A DNA stretch of 64,000 bases from Bacteroidales bacterium (lineage in GTDB: Bacteria; Bacteroidota; Bacteroidia; Bacteroidales; M50B96). Location of the stretch: positions 206,463 through 270,462 of the forward strand of contig JAGYLP010000001.1 in assembly GCA_018401015.1 (NCBI GenBank), written 5' to 3'. Both the position numbers and the translations under genes were made by a program. Of this stretch, positions 59,525 to 64,000 are shown piece after piece. Position 1 is the first letter of the stretch, and every line of letters starts with the position of its first letter. The notes under the pieces are model-generated. The model was not told the origin of the DNA. It saw only the letters and a list, made by a program, of their open reading frames with translations, and searched no databases.

Positions 59525-60529
59525 ATGGGGTTATTTCGATGGATGCTCTTCCTTGTTTCTGTGACTTTGTTAAGTAATTGCCAACAAGCCAATCGGCCAG
59601 AATACACCAAGTTGATGGGCTTGGCTCAAGGCACTACCTGGCAGATAACCTACAAGGGAAGTGAAAATCGTAAAGGAGCTATCGACTCTCTTTTGCTGGC
59701 GTTTGATATGAGTTTATCGACTTACCGAAAGGACTCCAGAATAACGGCTCTGAACGAGAATACCAGTACGGAGATGGATGCTTTGCTTCAGGAGGTGGTC
59801 GAAACAGGGATTCGGATTTGCCGGGAAACCGAAGGAGCTTTCGATATGACCGTCGCCCCGGTTGTAAATGCCTGGGGTTTTGGTTTTAAAAACAAAGAAA
59901 CAATTACTCCTCAATTAATCGATAGCCTACTTCAGTTTACAGGTTGCGGACAGATTTCGATCAATGGGAATCAACTGGTCAAAGCATCCGATGCGGTACT
60001 GTTGAATGTAAATGCTATTGCACAAGGATATTCGGTCGATGTGGTAGCTCGTTTCCTCGAGGAAGAAGGAATTCAAAATTACATGGTCGAAATTGGGGGT
60101 GAAATAAAAACCAAGGGTACTAATCCGGATGGGAAGAAATGGCAAATTGGACTCAATAAACCCATCGATGATAGCTTGAGTGTGAAAAGTGAAATACAAA
60201 CGGTTTTATCCTTAACCGATTTAGCGCTGGCCACCTCTGGCAATTACCGAAAGTTTTACATTGAAAATGGAGTGAAATATTCGCACACCATCGATCCCCG
60301 AACGGGTTATCCGGTAGAGCACAGTCTGCTCAGTGCTACCGTAGTGGGTGAAAGTGGGATGGAAGCCGATGCCTTAGCTACGGCATTTATGGTCATGGGA
60401 AAAGAAAAAGCCCTGAAGTTTCTGGAAACTCGTCCTCATATTCAGGCATACTTTATAAGCGAAGATTCCTTTGGGAACTATGAGATTGACTACACCCCCG
60501 GTTTTGAAGCGCTGTTTCGAGCCGATTAA
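59525..60529 (+). CDS. apbE: FAD:protein FMN transferase (flavin transferase ApbE), lipoprotein
   Basis: 334 aa with a lipobox (LLSNC). ApbE motifs are GAFDMTVAPVVNAWGFG, AIAQGYSVD, VEIGGE, ATSGNYRKF..NG.KYSHTIDPRTGYP and EADALATAF. Confidence 0.85.
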   Translation: MGLFRWMLFLVSVTLLSNCQQANRPEYTKLMGLAQGTTWQITYKGSENRKGAIDSLLLAFDMSLSTYRKDSRITALNENTSTEMDALLQEVVETGIRICRETEGAFDMTVAPVVNAWGFGFKNKETITPQLIDSLLQFTGCGQISINGNQLVKASDAVLLNVNAIAQGYSVDVVARFLEEEGIQNYMVEIGGEIKTKGTNPDGKKWQIGLNKPIDDSLSVKSEIQTVLSLTDLALATSGNYRKFYIENGVKYSHTIDPRTGYPVEHSLLSATVVGESGMEADALATAFMVMGKEKALKFLETRPHIQAYFISEDSFGNYEIDYTPGFEALFRAD

Positions 60530-60538
60530 CCAATCGCG

Positions 60539-63226
60539 TTAATCTTTTGGATAATTTTTTTGGAAGAAGCGAAGGTAGCGGTCAATGTCCTTGTCGGTAA
60601 AGAAGGTGGTGAAATTGTCGGTATGAATCACAAAATGCTGGTAATCCATTTCCGGTAGTTCTTCAAAAAAGCTTTGATTCACCTCAATCGTTTTGAAGTA
60701 ATCCATTCCGGCTTTAGCATTGTCGAAGCTCTTCACGGTTACGATTTGGTAATCGTCGTTCAAAATCACACTGCTTACTTTAAGCTGATTGAGCGAAAAG
60801 AATTCCAGGTTAAAGTTGGATAGCTCGTATTTAACTCGGTTTACGTCGGTGCTTTTGTTCGGAACCGCCACAACATACGTGTGAGTTGCCTTATTCTTAA
60901 CTTGATAGATTTCCGGCTCTTCCTTTACTTCTTCTTTCTTTTGTTTTTCGGCAAAAGAGGCAACCCTTTCTTTCAACGATTCTTCTTGCGCCAAACGATT
61001 CATAATTTCCTGTGCCGGATTTTTAACTTCGCTTTTCGGATGATTGACCAAAATATCCTCTAGTCCTGCAATTAAATCATCCACTTTGCCAAGCTCTCCA
61101 TGCGAGAGGGCTTTCATGTATTTGAATTGAGCCAGGTATTCGGAATCGCGGTAAATTGCGATGGCCGATTCAGCATTCTTGATAACGGTCTTAAAGTCTT
61201 TGTTTTGATAGGAACGAAAGGTCGATTCGTAAAGAGCACGAGCTTTTTCCGCTTTGCTGGCCAAATCCTGTAAGTAATTCGGATTCGTAAACATTTGAGT
61301 GTAATTACTCTCGGGGTACTCGTTAATAATCTTCGTTTTGTAACGATTGGCATTTACTTCGTCTTCCTTTTCGCGGAAGAGTTTATACAGATTGTAATAA
61401 GTATATAGCGTCACTTCCGACTGAGGAAAGCGCTGGAGCAGTGCTTCATAATTCTTAACTGCCTCGTCGAGGTTCTCTAAATCTTCGTAATAAACTGCAC
61501 CTGCTCTGAAATAGGCATTCATGATGCGGTCGTCCGATAGGGCTATGAGGGAATCGGTAAAGGGAATGTCAACCAAGTAGTATTCTTTGGTTTTATTATC
61601 CGTCGGACGTTTGGTCTTAGTGGAGTCGCCATTTTCGGCTAAAGCTTCTTCTTCCTCGCTGCCGAAAAGAACGACTTCTTTGCTTTTTCTGCGCCAATGA
61701 TCTTCCAGTTTCCTGCGGCCATAGAGTCGAACGAATTCATTTTGCCCGAAACTGATTGCAGTTGGATTGTAGAAATACCACCCACCTCCGGTGGCCAAGT
61801 TTCGGTTGCGCGGATCACGCTCGTTGAATTTTGCTTGAGCTGCGTTGGCCATGGCCATTCTTTCTTCTTCTTCTTTGCGTTTTTCCTCGGCAACAACATC
61901 GGCAATGAGTTTTTTAATGAGGGCATCGAGTTCTTTTTCCGGCATGGCAGCCAATCGTTGCATGCTGTCTTCGTAATGAATAATGTTCAGGTTTTCAACG
62001 AGTTTTGTAAGGCTTCGGGCTCGCTGATCTACCTCGTCGAACTCGGGCAAATTCGTATCGATGAAGTAAAGGGTCGAGTCGTAGTACACTTGCGATTCGA
62101 TGTAGTTGGGTTGGTTGTAGTAAATCTTTGCGAGTGCATGAAAAGAAGCAGCTTTCTGATTATTATTCACAAGGCTGTTCTCTGCCGATAACTTGTAATA
62201 TTCAATCGCTTTGTCGAGTTTTCCTTGTTTTATTTCAATCTCAGCGAGGGCAAAATAAATTTGATCGCGGTATTCGTAATTTTTTTCATCCTCCAGCATT
62301 TTGCCCAAATCGGCAATCAGGTCTTTTGCTCCTCCATAGCGGGTGCTAAAGGAACTCGCACGTCGGATCTTGGCGCTGAAAACCATGTCGTACGATGGAT
62401 TCGCCTTAATTACTCTGGTGTAAAGTTCCGAAGCGTTGGGGTAATCTTCCTGCATTTGGAAGATTTGAGCCAGGATAAATTGCAAACGAACCCGTTCCTT
62501 TTTTTTGCGGCTGTGTTCGATTGCTTTTTTCATCCAGGGGATGGCTTCTTCGTACTTATCTTGCTGGATATAGTAATCGGCATAGGTAGCGAATAAATCC
62601 GATTTCAGCTTTTTGGGGAATTTGCGGTCGTTCTCGAGCAAATCGAGGTTCTCTCGGGCCGATGTGAAATCGTCGGCCACAATATATGCCTTCGCCTTAT
62701 AAAGGTATCCTTCGAAGGTAAGATCGGTTTGAGGGTATTCCCGGATAAGGTAATCGAGGTTCTCGTGAGCTTGCTGAAAATCGTGCTTATAGAAATGTGC
62801 TTTCCCCATGAGCAGATACCCATCGTCGATCATGTCGTTGAATTCCTTCTTCGCATGAAACTCCCGCTCTTTCTTGCTCATTCTCCCTTTTTTTCGCTTG
62901 GGCTTTACCGTAATGGAATGCATCTTAATCATTTTTGATGCTTTTCGTATGGCTTTGTCCATGTCGGGATAAATCATTTTCGAATTGGCTTCGTTCCCGT
63001 ATCGGAAAATGTCGAGGATTCTCGAATAATCGTCTTCGTACGAACTTTCGAGTCGGGTTACTCCATTGCGAAAAGCTTCCCGACCATTGTAATACACGTT
63101 GTAATAAGAAGTGAGAAAATGATAATTACGACTTAGCATGGTATTCCGCTCCGTTGAGCAGGATACCAGTAAGAGCAGCAAAATGAATGAGCCCAGGTAG
63201 GTATATTTTATCCTCGTCAAAATCAA
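60539..63226 (-). CDS. sprE: TPR-repeat lipoprotein, SprE/PorW-like T9SS/gliding component
   Basis: 895 aa with a lipobox (LLLLVSC). The N-terminal RNTMLSRNYHFLTSYYNVYYNGREAF resembles the SprE/PorW N-terminal signature as I recall it. Many TPR-like helices follow. Confidence 0.55.
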   Translation of the reverse strand: MILTRIKYTYLGSFILLLLLVSCSTERNTMLSRNYHFLTSYYNVYYNGREAFRNGVTRLESSYEDDYSRILDIFRYGNEANSKMIYPDMDKAIRKASKMIKMHSITVKPKRKKGRMSKKEREFHAKKEFNDMIDDGYLLMGKAHFYKHDFQQAHENLDYLIREYPQTDLTFEGYLYKAKAYIVADDFTSARENLDLLENDRKFPKKLKSDLFATYADYYIQQDKYEEAIPWMKKAIEHSRKKKERVRLQFILAQIFQMQEDYPNASELYTRVIKANPSYDMVFSAKIRRASSFSTRYGGAKDLIADLGKMLEDEKNYEYRDQIYFALAEIEIKQGKLDKAIEYYKLSAENSLVNNNQKAASFHALAKIYYNQPNYIESQVYYDSTLYFIDTNLPEFDEVDQRARSLTKLVENLNIIHYEDSMQRLAAMPEKELDALIKKLIADVVAEEKRKEEEERMAMANAAQAKFNERDPRNRNLATGGGWYFYNPTAISFGQNEFVRLYGRRKLEDHWRRKSKEVVLFGSEEEEALAENGDSTKTKRPTDNKTKEYYLVDIPFTDSLIALSDDRIMNAYFRAGAVYYEDLENLDEAVKNYEALLQRFPQSEVTLYTYYNLYKLFREKEDEVNANRYKTKIINEYPESNYTQMFTNPNYLQDLASKAEKARALYESTFRSYQNKDFKTVIKNAESAIAIYRDSEYLAQFKYMKALSHGELGKVDDLIAGLEDILVNHPKSEVKNPAQEIMNRLAQEESLKERVASFAEKQKKEEVKEEPEIYQVKNKATHTYVVAVPNKSTDVNRVKYELSNFNLEFFSLNQLKVSSVILNDDYQIVTVKSFDNAKAGMDYFKTIEVNQSFFEELPEMDYQHFVIHTDNFTTFFTDKDIDRYLRFFQKNYPKD

Positions 63227-63697
63227 GTTTTATTGGCTATCTACTAAACAGTACAGTCGCAAAATTATTTTATTATTCCGTTTGTGCAGCAATATTTTCG
63301 CTTTGATTCCAATCAAAGATTTCCCTGGAATGTTGGCAGCTGTTCGGAATCAACGTTCACTCACTAGGCTAATCGCTTTTCGCCGCATATTGCTCATCCT
63401 TCTCCATCAATTTTCTCCCGAGTATGCCTGAAAAAGATTTCACGTGAATCGCTCAATCCTATCGAAGGGATAAGGGTGATTTTTTGAACTTAATTATTTG
63501 TTAACCTGGCGCTATGTGTTTGTTTATGAGGTGATAGGATTATACCCCTTTGAGGGATAGGCGGGCAGTCCTAGTTTTTTTTGGAATACCCCTCGTTTTT
63601 CACTATATTCGGATTCGTTATTAAAAAATGCTAAACAATTGATTATCAGAAGTTAAATTGATTGCTTGGTGTTCCTGTTGAACTTTAAAGTGTTAAA

Positions 63698-64000
63698 ATG
63701 ATGAAGTATCAAACATACACCTTACACAATTTTCGTCAAATCCCCCAGGTTTCCCTTCTTAGCCAGGAAGAAATTCGCGACATTGAGGTTGTTGGACGGG
63801 TGTTACCATTTAAGACCAACAATTATGTGGTCGATCAGCTCATTGATTGGGACCATTTTCAGAAAGATCCAATGTATATTTTAACCTTCCCGCAGCGTGG
63901 AATGCTCTCTGAAAAAGATTACCATGCGGTAGATCGCTTGCTCGATGATCCCGACCAGGAAGAGGAATTGAAGCAGGTGGTTCACCAAATTCGGATGAGT
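63698..64000 (+). CDS. KamA-family radical-SAM aminomutase-like protein, 3'-truncated by the window edge
   Basis: The frame is open from the ATG at 63698 to the window end (101 codons). It is absent from the ORF track because no stop is reached. VGRVLPFKTNNYVVDQLIDW...DPMYILTFPQRGML resembles the KamA-family N-terminal region. The CxxxCxxC cluster would lie beyond the window. Confidence 0.5.
   Translation, partial: MMKYQTYTLHNFRQIPQVSLLSQEEIRDIEVVGRVLPFKTNNYVVDQLIDWDHFQKDPMYILTFPQRGMLSEKDYHAVDRLLDDPDQEEELKQVVHQIRMS

Overview
This is a 64-kb chromosomal window from a Bacteroidota-type genome. The assignment rests on several Por/T9SS C-terminal sorting domains, SprE/PorW-, PorZ-, PorT- and plug-like genes, TAnnTTTG promoter boxes and a long-form IspG. 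It is dense (about 50 genes, short or overlapping junctions) and almost entirely core housekeeping. Phospholipid, LPS and envelope genes: cdsA (5'-partial), psd, gpsA, lpxH, kdsD, lptB, tatC. Isoprenoid and cofactor genes: ispG, panC. Methyl cycle: metK, ahcY. Translation and DNA: lysS, tsaE, recQ, a TatD-family hydrolase and an alkylation-repair protein. There is a complete Na+-NQR operon, nqrABCDEF (minus strand, 16.9-22.9 kb). Its likely maturation genes, a nqrM-like gene and apbE, lie 32-37 kb away. A co-directional cluster follows the nqr terminator: GH20 hexosaminidase, PNGase-like transglutaminase, lipocalin-like lipoprotein and an EEP hydrolase. A fused E1 alpha/beta 2-oxoacid dehydrogenase and several secreted peptidases or hydrolases with T9SS tails are also present. 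I saw no rRNA, tRNA, CRISPR array, transposase, integrase or phage gene. The one stretch that ordinary features do not explain is a roughly 650-bp, GC-rich, nested direct-repeat array at 57.96-58.61 kb, between two convergent genes. It contains six copies of a 54-nt double-hairpin module and two tandem 21/18-nt arrays of different copy number. Lesser leads are a possible SAM-II-like leader before metK, a 7-4-7 palindrome in the nqrA divergent promoter region, an M1 peptidase with a long barrel-like C-terminal half, and a 4-Cys linker in the fused E1 enzyme. All functional calls come from by-eye motif recognition in the translated ORFs. No database search was run.
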